Assembly (NCBI GenBank): GCA_018238545.1
Contig: JABCTC010000052.1
Location: 1 to 21,747 of the forward strand
Direction: 5' to 3'
From: Candidatus Heimdallarchaeota archaeon
GTDB taxonomy: Archaea > Asgardarchaeota > Heimdallarchaeia > Heimdallarchaeales > Heimdallarchaeaceae
Length of the DNA: 21,747 nt
Below the pieces are notes generated by a model. It saw nothing but the letters and a program-made list of their open reading frames with translations, did no database searches and was not told the DNA's origin. How positions within the stretch are numbered: position 1 is the first letter of the stretch; every line of letters begins with the position of its first letter. This document shows, in pieces, positions 1 to 8,171 of this stretch. The translations under genes and the position numbers were made by a program.

Positions 1-2
1 AT

Positions 3-533
3 CAGGACGGCAACGCACTATATTCTTTAGCCAAGCCATTGTCTTGCGATGGAAAAACAGTTGCGGCAAGGCGGTTGGATATCTCCGGTCTGGATACCGA
101 TGCGAAACAGGTTCTGAAACTAAAGCTCACGGGTTCCGACTCGTCGGGCGAAATATATCTCATCAAGAGCCGGGCTTTGGGGCGACAGGGGGATCATGGA
201 ATCTGGACGCCGAAAGATATCGCCAAAACGTTTATTCCCGTTGAACTGGATGTTGCTGACTTGATGGCCAAGCCGGGGAAATATCAAGTTAAGTTTGAAC
301 ATACCGGAGGCGGACACGGTCTTGATATCGGGAGTGTCGTACTCTACTGCGACGGAGAGCAGTTGGCCGAGGACAACCATGTTGGCTTTGCCGGCGGACG
401 GTCAAAAGACAATATCTACACGCTCAATGTCCCGACGCACAAAAGTAGCGCCGATTGCAGAATAAAAGCCACCATCAAGGGTAGTGGCGGTGTTGATACC
501 CACGGCAGTATCATGGTTGAAAAGATTAAATAA
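3..533 (+). CDS. Partial (5'-truncated) bacterial-type protein, probable beta-sandwich accessory domain of a glycoside hydrolase-like enzyme
   Basis: Frame is open from the window start (QDGNALYSLAKPLSCDG...). Codons are GC-rich (GCC/GGC/CGG), unlike the rest of the window. The pattern GGHGLDIGSVVLYCDGEQLAEDNHVGFAG...NIYTL resembles C-terminal domains of PVC-group glycoside hydrolases (from memory). Confidence 0.5.
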   Translation, partial: QDGNALYSLAKPLSCDGKTVAARRLDISGLDTDAKQVLKLKLTGSDSSGEIYLIKSRALGRQGDHGIWTPKDIAKTFIPVELDVADLMAKPGKYQVKFEHTGGGHGLDIGSVVLYCDGEQLAEDNHVGFAGGRSKDNIYTLNVPTHKSSADCRIKATIKGSGGVDTHGSIMVEKIK

Positions 534-951
534 TGCAAGGAAGATTCAAACAAATCCCCAAATCAAAATTTGTTTGAATGAAAATGAAGCTGGCTGGTTA
601 TTAGTAAAACTTGGAATGAACATTACTAAAGTGAATGATGATTTATTTAAGAAATTCAAAATGTGGTATGTTGAAGAATCGCTAACAATCCGAAAACAGA
701 TTTGGAATGAGTCAGATGATGGCAAATTAACAAAAAAGAAATTTTATGAAAATTTTTCCTTTGGACTGATTCCAAAGGGTTCCTTTGCAGGAAGAACTAG
801 AACAATATATGAAGTCAATAGTAAGGAGATGCAAAATTTCATCAATATTGTTAGCGATAAGTACATGCAACTTGCCTTATATTCAGATGAAAATCCTTGG
901 TTAAATTGGGCTGGAGAACTTGCCAAAGAATTAAAGAAATTGATGATATAG
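532..951 (+). CDS. Hypothetical protein, true start uncertain (possibly 5'-truncated at the composition junction)
   Basis: AT-rich part of ORF 484..951 with host-like codon usage, ending in TAG. The first ~16 codons of the called ORF overlap the GC-rich gene and are probably spurious. Confidence 0.45.
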   Translation, partial: NARKIQTNPQIKICLNENEAGWLLVKLGMNITKVNDDLFKKFKMWYVEESLTIRKQIWNESDDGKLTKKKFYENFSFGLIPKGSFAGRTRTIYEVNSKEMQNFINIVSDKYMQLALYSDENPWLNWAGELAKELKKLMI

Positions 952-976
952 AGATACTTAAACAAGCAATTAGTAC

Positions 977-2425
977 TTACAAATTCAATAATTTGTGAAA
1001 ATCTATCTTTTCATACTTCATTATATCTATCAGATTTTCAATATCATCTTTTTCAAGAGCTGCTCCAGGATATTTAGAAAGTAATTTTTCTACTCTTTCT
1101 TTTGTTCTTTGTCCAGTAGATTTTCTCCCCTTGTTTATCCATTCTTCATTTGTTGACCGATCAACAACAGTACTTGGCAAATAAAGTTCTTCTCTGAACC
1201 ACTTCAGTGTATGGTCGTGTGATAATAAATGTGTTTTCTTATCGAATTCCTTGAGTAAGTTCTTTGCTATTGGTTCATCTCTTTGTGTGATTCCTTTAAC
1301 GAATTTATAGGTCATTCCTGCGATTTCATTGTCGATTACCACTTTTTGAATACTTTGTGTTGATTCAAAGTTCATCATTCCTGCACCAGAAATCATATTA
1401 ACGCCTTTTATACCAGCCAAAAGAGATCCCATTCCTGTTTCAAACCCTGCTTGACTATCCAAAATTTTAGCATCTGACATTCCTAGATATGCATGTGTAG
1501 GTAGATTGAGATATTTACCAATTTCTACATACCCTAAATCCATGAGGATTGTATCAACCGAAGCTAAGTACATTGTCCCTTTTCTCATATCAAATGCTGC
1601 TGGTGAACCACCCCAAATTACTGGAGCACCAGGAGATACAATCTGAGTAATTACCAATCCTGCTAATGTTTCTGCTGCATGTTGAACGATCGAACCAAGT
1701 ATAGTCACTGGAGCAGTTGCACCAGTCATCGGCATAGAAACAAACTCAGATGGGATACCATATTTTGCACAATCAATTATGCTCTGACATGTTAAATCAC
1801 TCCATTTGAGTGGTGGAGATGGACATGCATCAAATATCGCCAAGGGTTTCCTCCTTAATTCTTCCTCACTTCCTCTTACAGTTACAAGCATATCCTTCAT
1901 CACTTCGAAAGATTCCTTGACGAATGTTCCTGTTACTATTGGTTTCTTTGAGTAAATCAATGCGATTAATAACCTATACCTATCACTAATCTTTTCAGGA
2001 ACATCTGAACAAGTTATAGCCGTACTTTGTGCGTGAATGTGTTCTAGTTGGTCAACTACTTTGGTAAAATCAACGAAATCTTTTGTAATTGCTGCTCTAA
2101 TCTCATTAGTTTCTTTGTCTAACACATTTAGTGCAGCTGAACCAGGATCAAAACAAATGTTATCTCCCCCGAGTTCTGATACTAAATCTCCTTCTCGATT
2201 GTAGAGGGAGATTGATTGAGGAGCTGTTTTAAGAGATTTCTTTACCAAGTCTCTTGGGATGAAAGCTTTCTGAGTCTCTGTATCTACATTGATACCTGCA
2301 TTCTGTAATATATCTACAGCTTCATTGTTTTCAACAAAGAATCCTATTTCTTCTAATATTTCCATTGCTTCTAGAACAACTTTCTCTTTCATATCTTCCT
2401 CAAGAATCTTGATAATTGGTCTCAT
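977..2425 (-). CDS. mttB: Trimethylamine methyltransferase (MttB) superfamily protein, non-pyrrolysine type (MtgB-like quaternary-amine:corrinoid methyltransferase)
   Basis: 482 aa with family motifs CPSPPLKW, MPMTGATAPVT, SDAKILDSQAGFE, GAGMMNFESTQSIQKVVIDNE. The residue before SDAK (Pyl in Methanosarcina MttB) is Met, and there is no in-frame TAG. Confidence 0.9.
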   Translation of the reverse strand: MRPIIKILEEDMKEKVVLEAMEILEEIGFFVENNEAVDILQNAGINVDTETQKAFIPRDLVKKSLKTAPQSISLYNREGDLVSELGGDNICFDPGSAALNVLDKETNEIRAAITKDFVDFTKVVDQLEHIHAQSTAITCSDVPEKISDRYRLLIALIYSKKPIVTGTFVKESFEVMKDMLVTVRGSEEELRRKPLAIFDACPSPPLKWSDLTCQSIIDCAKYGIPSEFVSMPMTGATAPVTILGSIVQHAAETLAGLVITQIVSPGAPVIWGGSPAAFDMRKGTMYLASVDTILMDLGYVEIGKYLNLPTHAYLGMSDAKILDSQAGFETGMGSLLAGIKGVNMISGAGMMNFESTQSIQKVVIDNEIAGMTYKFVKGITQRDEPIAKNLLKEFDKKTHLLSHDHTLKWFREELYLPSTVVDRSTNEEWINKGRKSTGQRTKERVEKLLSKYPGAALEKDDIENLIDIMKYEKIDFHKLLNL

Positions 2426-2515
2426 AATGTGTTCCTTTTCCGTAACTTCATACTTACTTATTCATAGAAGAATAAAAGTGTTATTTGAAGAACTTCAACT
2501 ATTTAAGATACTTTT

Positions 2516-3178
2516 TCAGTTGTCTTTTACTCTCCTATAAGCGCAATTAACCATATCACAGGTTTCGCATCCTCTTTCTCCTAATTCTTGATCAATTTCT
2601 TCCCCTATGTTAACTGCAAAAGAGACTGATTTAATTGGATGCATCATTTTTGAATCACTCAGCGAAACACCAATTTTCTCCGTACTTACTAAATTAAATA
2701 TCATTTCTTGACCTTTGTCTAATTCCCATTGACAATAACCAGGACTAAATCTAGAGGTAACTAATTTTTCCGCAATTTCATCCTTTAAATTCTCTAGAAT
2801 TATCCTATTTACGCATTCTGCGGTTTTTTCAGCTGCATGAGATGCTATAGCATCAATAATAACTCCCTTGGATAATTCACCTCTGGAAATGAATTGGGAA
2901 CCTCTTACTTCCAGTGCCTTCCCAATTGTACACACTGCTAAAACAGTTTTTTCTGATTTTTTGAAAAGGAAAGCTGGTTTTAGTGATGCACTCTCAAAGA
3001 CATCATAAATCCCCATGGGTTGAATTATCTCCAGTGATTCTATTGTCGTTTCACGAATTTGTTCAAGCAAAATGTTGGATATTTTTTTTTGTCTCTTCCG
3101 ATTTCCTTTACTACTGCTAAGCAGTCTCAGAATTTCCCTTTCATCAAGTTCAATTTGGATGTTATCAATTAGTTTCAC
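2516..3178 (-). CDS. Stand-alone B12-dependent methionine synthase activation-domain protein
   Basis: Motifs AVCTIG, IDAIASHAAE, RFSPGY, M(M)HPIKSVS and a C-terminal CETCDMVNC. The GTG start overlaps the upstream TGA (GTGA, 3175-3178). Confidence 0.85.
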   Translation of the reverse strand: MKLIDNIQIELDEREILRLLSSSKGNRKRQKKISNILLEQIRETTIESLEIIQPMGIYDVFESASLKPAFLFKKSEKTVLAVCTIGKALEVRGSQFISRGELSKGVIIDAIASHAAEKTAECVNRIILENLKDEIAEKLVTSRFSPGYCQWELDKGQEMIFNLVSTEKIGVSLSDSKMMHPIKSVSFAVNIGEEIDQELGERGCETCDMVNCAYRRVKDN

Positions 3179-4068
3179 TTTTTCTCCCTCTTAATTTGAT
3201 TTGATATCTCATTAATGAACTTAGGATTTGAACCACAACATCCTCCAACAATTGTAGCTCCATTTTTTATCATTTGTTGGATGTCACGAGTAAATTCATC
3301 AGGTTTTGATAAATAGATAGTTTTGCCTTCAACTAATTGAGGTTGTCCTGCATTAGGTTTTGCTATTATTGGGAGATCAGTGCTATTTGCAATTAGAGGA
3401 ATAAGATCTACCATCTCTTCACTACTTATAGTGCAATTTGCGCCTATTGCATCAGCACCTGCTTCTTCTAACACTTCTGAGCATTGCTCAATAGAGTTAC
3501 CCATAATTGTGAAGAACCCTCGCTTGGTTTTTTTGTAAGTTATCGATGCAAAAATAGGGGTGTTTGAAACTCTCTTGGCAGCTTTAACCGCTATCTCTGC
3601 TTCTTTGAGATCTACCATGGTTTCTATGAAAAAGAGGTCTACATCAGCTTCTGCAAGAATCGTTGTTTGCTCAATGAAACTTTCTATTAATTCCTGTTCA
3701 GTTATTGAACCAACGGGTGGTAGGAATTTTCCTGAAGGACCAATATCTCCTGCAATGTAGCCATTAGGGGGGCAAATCTCTTTAGCCAGCTCCACAGCTC
3801 TTGTATTATACTCTTTGACTTTATCTCCATGTCCATGAGCTTCTAATTTTAATCTTGAACCTCCGAAAGTGTTAGTAAGCACGATGTCTGAACCAGCACT
3901 AAAATATTCTAAGTGAATTTGTTTTATTTTTTCAGGTTGAGTTATGTTCCAGCTTTCTGGTGGTGTTCCAGGTTGTAACCCTAAATCTATAAGTCTTGAA
4001 CCCATCGCTCCATCTAGAATTACAAAACGTTCTGCAACTAATTCAAGAATTGGTTTCTTTAAGCTCAG
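3175..4068 (-). CDS. Homocysteine S-methyltransferase domain protein (split MetH-type)
   Basis: The conserved N-terminal ILDGAMGS motif begins upstream of the ORF-track start (4005). Also TNTFGG, GDIGPSG, IETM and Zn ligands GANC and GGCCG. Proposed CTG start at 4068, 6 nt after GGAGGT. Confidence 0.88.
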   Translation of the reverse strand: MSLKKPILELVAERFVILDGAMGSRLIDLGLQPGTPPESWNITQPEKIKQIHLEYFSAGSDIVLTNTFGGSRLKLEAHGHGDKVKEYNTRAVELAKEICPPNGYIAGDIGPSGKFLPPVGSITEQELIESFIEQTTILAEADVDLFFIETMVDLKEAEIAVKAAKRVSNTPIFASITYKKTKRGFFTIMGNSIEQCSEVLEEAGADAIGANCTISSEEMVDLIPLIANSTDLPIIAKPNAGQPQLVEGKTIYLSKPDEFTRDIQQMIKNGATIVGGCCGSNPKFINEISNQIKREKK

Positions 4069-4083
4069 ATGAATACCTCCTCG

Positions 4084-4716
4084 CTACTCCAATAGTTTTT
4101 TAGCTAGTTTAACTGCACTAACGGCATTTTCAGCGCTACCATCTGCTCCTATCTCCTCAACCCATTTTCTAGAAACAGGCGCGCCTCCAATAAGAATTTT
4201 GTATTTGTTTCTTATTTTTCTTTCTTTTAAGTTGTCAATCAATCTTTTTTGACCTACCATAGTCGTAGTAAGAAGTGCAGATATACAGATTAATTGTGCT
4301 CCTACTTCTTCTGCTTTATCAATGAATTTATCCACAGGGACGTCTGCTCCTAAATCAAATACCTCAAATCCTTCTGCAGACATAATAGCAGCAACTAGTG
4401 TCTTTCCGATGTCGTGAATGTCTCCTTCTATGGTCCCAATTACAACTTTGCCTAGATATCTATCTTCCTTATTTTCCATTATCTTGGGTTCAAGGATGGT
4501 CATCGCTGCTTTCATAGCTTCTGCGCTGCGCATAAGTTCAGGAAGAAAAAACTCTCCTTCTTCAAATAAATCTCCAGCTTCTCTTATAGCTTCTGAAAAT
4601 TGATCGATAACTAGGTTGATTTCAAGATTATCGTTAATTGCCTTACTTGCAAGAGATTCAGCTAGTGAGATGTTACCATTTAGTATAGCTTCTTTGTATT
4701 CTTTTTCTATGATCAA
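4084..4716 (-). CDS. Methyltransferase cognate corrinoid (B12-binding) protein, MttC/MtgC-like
   Basis: GDIHDIGK (DxHxxG cobalamin motif), DLGADVP, SALLTTTM, IGGAPV and cap-domain FFLPEL. Likely TTG start at 4716 after GGTGG (alternative 4728). Confidence 0.92.
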   Translation of the reverse strand: MIIEKEYKEAILNGNISLAESLASKAINDNLEINLVIDQFSEAIREAGDLFEEGEFFLPELMRSAEAMKAAMTILEPKIMENKEDRYLGKVVIGTIEGDIHDIGKTLVAAIMSAEGFEVFDLGADVPVDKFIDKAEEVGAQLICISALLTTTMVGQKRLIDNLKERKIRNKYKILIGGAPVSRKWVEEIGADGSAENAVSAVKLAKKLLE

Positions 4717-4814
4717 AATAACCACCAAGGAGTTACTAATATAGACAATCTACATGTTATTTAAATCATTTCTGAGGAAAATGCTAAAATAATTTCACAA
4801 AAAACTTGACTTTT

Positions 4815-5696
4815 TTAGCACTCAAATGTTAGAATATTCCCAACTCTGAAGGCTTTTACTATTTCTTCTCCAAATCTTTTTGTTAGGTACTTGATTGCTC
4901 TTTTACCTGTGCAGTGACTGAAGTAGAGGGAAGGTTTGTTATACTCTTTCTCAAGTTTATCGGCAACATAATCCAATTCTTCATCGGTTTTTAGAGCAAC
5001 TAGATGTGTTCCACCAATTATGGATTTTATTTCCTCATCAGGATAGAGCTCTTTTGCTCTTGCGCAGATATTTAATACTCCTGCATGACCACATCCACAA
5101 ATAACAACAATGCCATCTTTTGTTTTTAAAACTAGAGAGAGATCATCAAGAAGTTCGTCTTTGACGTATTTACTGTCAAGTTTAATAGTTAAAGAGTCTA
5201 TCTTACTAGGTTTTTCCTTCCACTCAGATATTTCTCCAATCGTTTTAAGAATTGGTGTTAATTCATAAGGCTCTGTTATAGGTTTGAAGAAGAGTTTTTC
5301 CTTCACATCATCTGGTAATTTTGGAAAACCGAAATTATACCACCTATATTTGACTAGATATTTAACCCTGCGATGTAGTTTTGCGACTCTTCTTTTTGCA
5401 AATGCATGAGGGTGACCAATAATAACTAACTCGTTCTTTTCTGTTCTAGCTGTAACTAAAGCCTCTATACCAAAGGTGTGATCCCAGTGCCCGTGACTGA
5501 GAACTAACAAATCAATGGAATTAGGATTAATATTTAACAATCGCATGTTATTGATTAATATACTCCCTTTTTCTCCTGTATCAAAAAGAATTTTCTTATC
5601 TTCTGTTTCAATTAGAAACGACAAACCATTGGATGGTATGAAGCCTTCAGTTCCATCAGTTTCAATATCACAAATGTTGGTTAATTTAACTTGCAT
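4815..5696 (-). CDS. MBL-fold metallo-hydrolase (dihydropterin/RFA-P synthase-like family)
   Basis: LFDTG, SHGHWDH (HxHxDH), GCGHAG, GGTHL and HCTG. Confidence 0.88.
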   Translation of the reverse strand: MQVKLTNICDIETDGTEGFIPSNGLSFLIETEDKKILFDTGEKGSILINNMRLLNINPNSIDLLVLSHGHWDHTFGIEALVTARTEKNELVIIGHPHAFAKRRVAKLHRRVKYLVKYRWYNFGFPKLPDDVKEKLFFKPITEPYELTPILKTIGEISEWKEKPSKIDSLTIKLDSKYVKDELLDDLSLVLKTKDGIVVICGCGHAGVLNICARAKELYPDEEIKSIIGGTHLVALKTDEELDYVADKLEKEYNKPSLYFSHCTGKRAIKYLTKRFGEEIVKAFRVGNILTFEC

Positions 5697-5734
5697 TAAT
5701 ATCCAAATTGCATTCTTTGTTAATCTATATATCT

Positions 5735-6595
5735 TTATCTCAATCGAGATTGAGCTACATAGTCATAAACAAAATTTATTGCTGGAACATGGTTATCAAT
5801 TTCATATAGAAATCCTTCATTAAATCTCCTTAAACCTTCCAGCTCCAAAGCTCTTCTTAGAACTGCTCTTACTAGTAACTGTTTGAAATGTTTAACATCC
5901 TCAAAGACTGCTACCACTTCATTTCGTGGGAGACAATCACAACCTTCTTTACACCAACAGAGTAGATAATCTGCTGCTAAAATTGCTAGAGAAAAATCTG
6001 CTGGTCTCCAATACCAAGATAAATCAATGAGAGCTGGAGGTTCTGTTTTATGAAACAAGATGTTACTTGGATTTCCTTGAATTAGTTGATTAACAACTCT
6101 AAGGGGGGCTCTTTGTTTGTAAAGATCTTGGATAGCTTTTAGAATGCGTTCATGGCAATTTAATGGTATTTCATCCCAGACCATCTTATCAGCCATAGTC
6201 CAAGGGTCCTTTCTATCCACCATGAGATGTGGGGGTTTAGGGACATTTTTTATTTCCTTATGGAAGGCTTCAAGAACTCTTCTCTTTTCAGGTAGACAAC
6301 CTTTGATATGATTTCCAGAAAGAAAATAATATGCGCTCCACCCATCCTCAATATATCTGCCATCCTCAGATTTTAGGTGCTTCTGTACGCGAAATTCTTT
6401 AGATTCTATTGAATTAAGTAGATTAGGTAACCAACTAGCTTCCTCCTCACTTGTATCTGGAAGATACTTAAGAACTATATCTCCTGCTTTGAAGCATCTC
6501 TTTAAACCACCATTCATTAACTGTAAGTTATCTTTAACACCAAATTTCTTCAAGACTTCCTTAGATGGTTTCAATCCTTCTTTAGGTACAAACAT
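5735..6595 (-). CDS. Aminoglycoside-phosphotransferase-like (TIGR02569-like) kinase-fold protein, degenerate catalytic motif
   Basis: GDIVLK, DGWSA, NILF, PALIDLSWYWRP. The Brenner HGD motif reads QGN. Confidence 0.7.
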   Translation of the reverse strand: MFVPKEGLKPSKEVLKKFGVKDNLQLMNGGLKRCFKAGDIVLKYLPDTSEEEASWLPNLLNSIESKEFRVQKHLKSEDGRYIEDGWSAYYFLSGNHIKGCLPEKRRVLEAFHKEIKNVPKPPHLMVDRKDPWTMADKMVWDEIPLNCHERILKAIQDLYKQRAPLRVVNQLIQGNPSNILFHKTEPPALIDLSWYWRPADFSLAILAADYLLCWCKEGCDCLPRNEVVAVFEDVKHFKQLLVRAVLRRALELEGLRRFNEGFLYEIDNHVPAINFVYDYVAQSRLR

Positions 6596-6684
6596 ACCAA
6601 ATATATTATTACCATACCTAACCTATAAACTTTATTCCACGATATCCTGAGGAATTATTTAAAAAAAGAATGGAGAGTAGATCC

Positions 6685-7068
6685 TTATTTTTTGTCAACT
6701 ATTGTAGTTCCAAAAGGCGCAAAAGCAATTTCAATCATTTTGAAATGTTGCTTTGCAAAAGGAATGCCAATTATTGTAATTGCAAAAATAATACCCACTA
6801 TTATATGCGAGATTGCAAGAGCCAATCCGAAAACGATGACCCAAAGTAAATTGAGAATGAATCTTCCTGCACCACCTTCATTGCGTTTAACTTCTCTCCC
6901 AAATGGCCAAACGACAAAACCTGCCATTTTAATACATTGAACACCAAAAGGAATTCCAATAATTGTTATACATAGAACAATTCCTATAGTTACCCAAGCT
7001 ACTGCTGTTTCAAGACCTCCGAGAATAACCCAAAGAATATTTCCTAATAAATTTAGAGTTTTACCCAT
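6685..7068 (-). CDS. yccF: YccF (DUF307) domain membrane protein
   Basis: Two internal repeats N(I/L)LWV...ITIIGIPF...(W/A)PFG. Confidence 0.9.
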   Translation of the reverse strand: MGKTLNLLGNILWVILGGLETAVAWVTIGIVLCITIIGIPFGVQCIKMAGFVVWPFGREVKRNEGGAGRFILNLLWVIVFGLALAISHIIVGIIFAITIIGIPFAKQHFKMIEIAFAPFGTTIVDKK

Positions 7069-7155
7069 TATTACACCTTATCCAAATGAATTTAGCTATC
7101 TTAATAATAAATTCTAAAAGATGCTTAGCTCTTCTCTTCTTAAATTTATTCCACA

Positions 7156-7224
7156 ATTACGTCTCGGGACAAAAATATTTTTATAGCTGCCTGATCAACG
7201 TAATATTGTCTCGGGACAAAAATA
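7156..7224 (+). promoter_or_regulatory. Putative promoter with operator: 17-bp perfect direct repeat flanking a TATA box
   Basis: GTCTCGGGACAAAAATA at 7161-7177 and 7208-7224, TATA-like TTTTTATAG at 7178-7186 between them, and inverted ATTACGT (7156-7162) / ACGTAAT (7198-7204). Confidence 0.7.
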
Positions 7225-7225
7225 A

Positions 7226-8092
7226 GTGATGACTATGAATGATGAAAAGAAGAAAAGCCCAGGAAGACCAAGAAAATATGATACTAACGCAGAGCGAAAA
7301 AAGGCCTATCGTGAGCGTAAGAAAGAAGCTCATAGCAATTTGGAAGAACGGGCAAAAAGAATCACAGAATTAAAAGGAAGAATTGATAATATGGAAAGAA
7401 AATTAGTGAAATCGACTTACACAGATCAACATGTACCTGAAGAAATTTCAGAAGTCCATGAACAAATTAAAGATCGTTCTAGGAAATATGCTCCTTCAGA
7501 GCTAATGGATTTAGAAATTCATGAGCTTAAACGTATACAATCTGGTATTTACTCTAGATATCATGGAAGCTTCTACAACCCTCTACGTGCAGCGCTTGAA
7601 AGTGCTATAATGCCATCGGTTGACAAAGAATTTGATTCTAGAAAACAGAGTTTAGGAGAAAAACCTTACGAAGTTGTAGTTAAAGAAAAATTAGCTAAAT
7701 CGAGTGATGAAGTTACCCCGAAAACAGATATGAAAACAGAAGAATATATACAGAAAGCTAAGGAAAAAGGTTTAGAGGTTTCTGATGAGGATTTATTTGT
7801 TAAACCATCTACGATGGAGAAGAAAAATATAACGAGTCCCAAGCACTGGAAATATTTGAAAGATATATATAGGACAGATCAATTATTCGAGGTCTTTCAA
7901 GAACTGATACTTCTCTATACAGTAGAAGCAGAAATATCTAGACGAGAAAGAGAAGTTGTTCAATCTATGGATATCGAGAGATTAGAGAAAAAACAAATTG
8001 AACTTGAAAAAATCATGAAAGATGATACACTTAGACATGTAAAATCCACTGTGAACAAGATGAAAGCAAAAAAGAAAAGTGATAAAAAATGA
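7226..8092 (+). CDS. Putative DNA-binding coiled-coil protein (GRPRK motif plus bZIP-like basic region and zipper)
   Basis: PGRPRKY, then N21-x7-R29-x9-L39-x6-I46-x6-I53-x6-L60. Highly charged helical remainder with a second heptad region and a basic tail. Start could be 7226, 7229 or 7235. Confidence 0.75.
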   Translation: MMTMNDEKKKSPGRPRKYDTNAERKKAYRERKKEAHSNLEERAKRITELKGRIDNMERKLVKSTYTDQHVPEEISEVHEQIKDRSRKYAPSELMDLEIHELKRIQSGIYSRYHGSFYNPLRAALESAIMPSVDKEFDSRKQSLGEKPYEVVVKEKLAKSSDEVTPKTDMKTEEYIQKAKEKGLEVSDEDLFVKPSTMEKKNITSPKHWKYLKDIYRTDQLFEVFQELILLYTVEAEISRREREVVQSMDIERLEKKQIELEKIMKDDTLRHVKSTVNKMKAKKKSDKK

Positions 8093-8095
8093 GAA

Positions 8096-8162
8096 ATATA
8101 AATTGTGAAACGAAAATGAATTGTAAAACGCACACGGAAGAAGAAATAGAGACCAAAGGAGG
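8096..8162 (+). promoter_or_regulatory. Putative actin promoter, tandem repeat and Shine-Dalgarno
   Basis: ATATAAA at 8096-8102 after a purine run, AATTGT(G/A)AAACG at 8101-8112 and 8119-8130, and GGAGG at 8158-8162 before TTG 8172. Confidence 0.5.
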
Positions 8163-8171
8163 CATCTAAGT

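Noticed and set aside
7161-7224. Mini-CRISPR array
   Set aside because: Only two 17-bp units, too short for CRISPR repeats, with no cas genes; promoter context explains them better.
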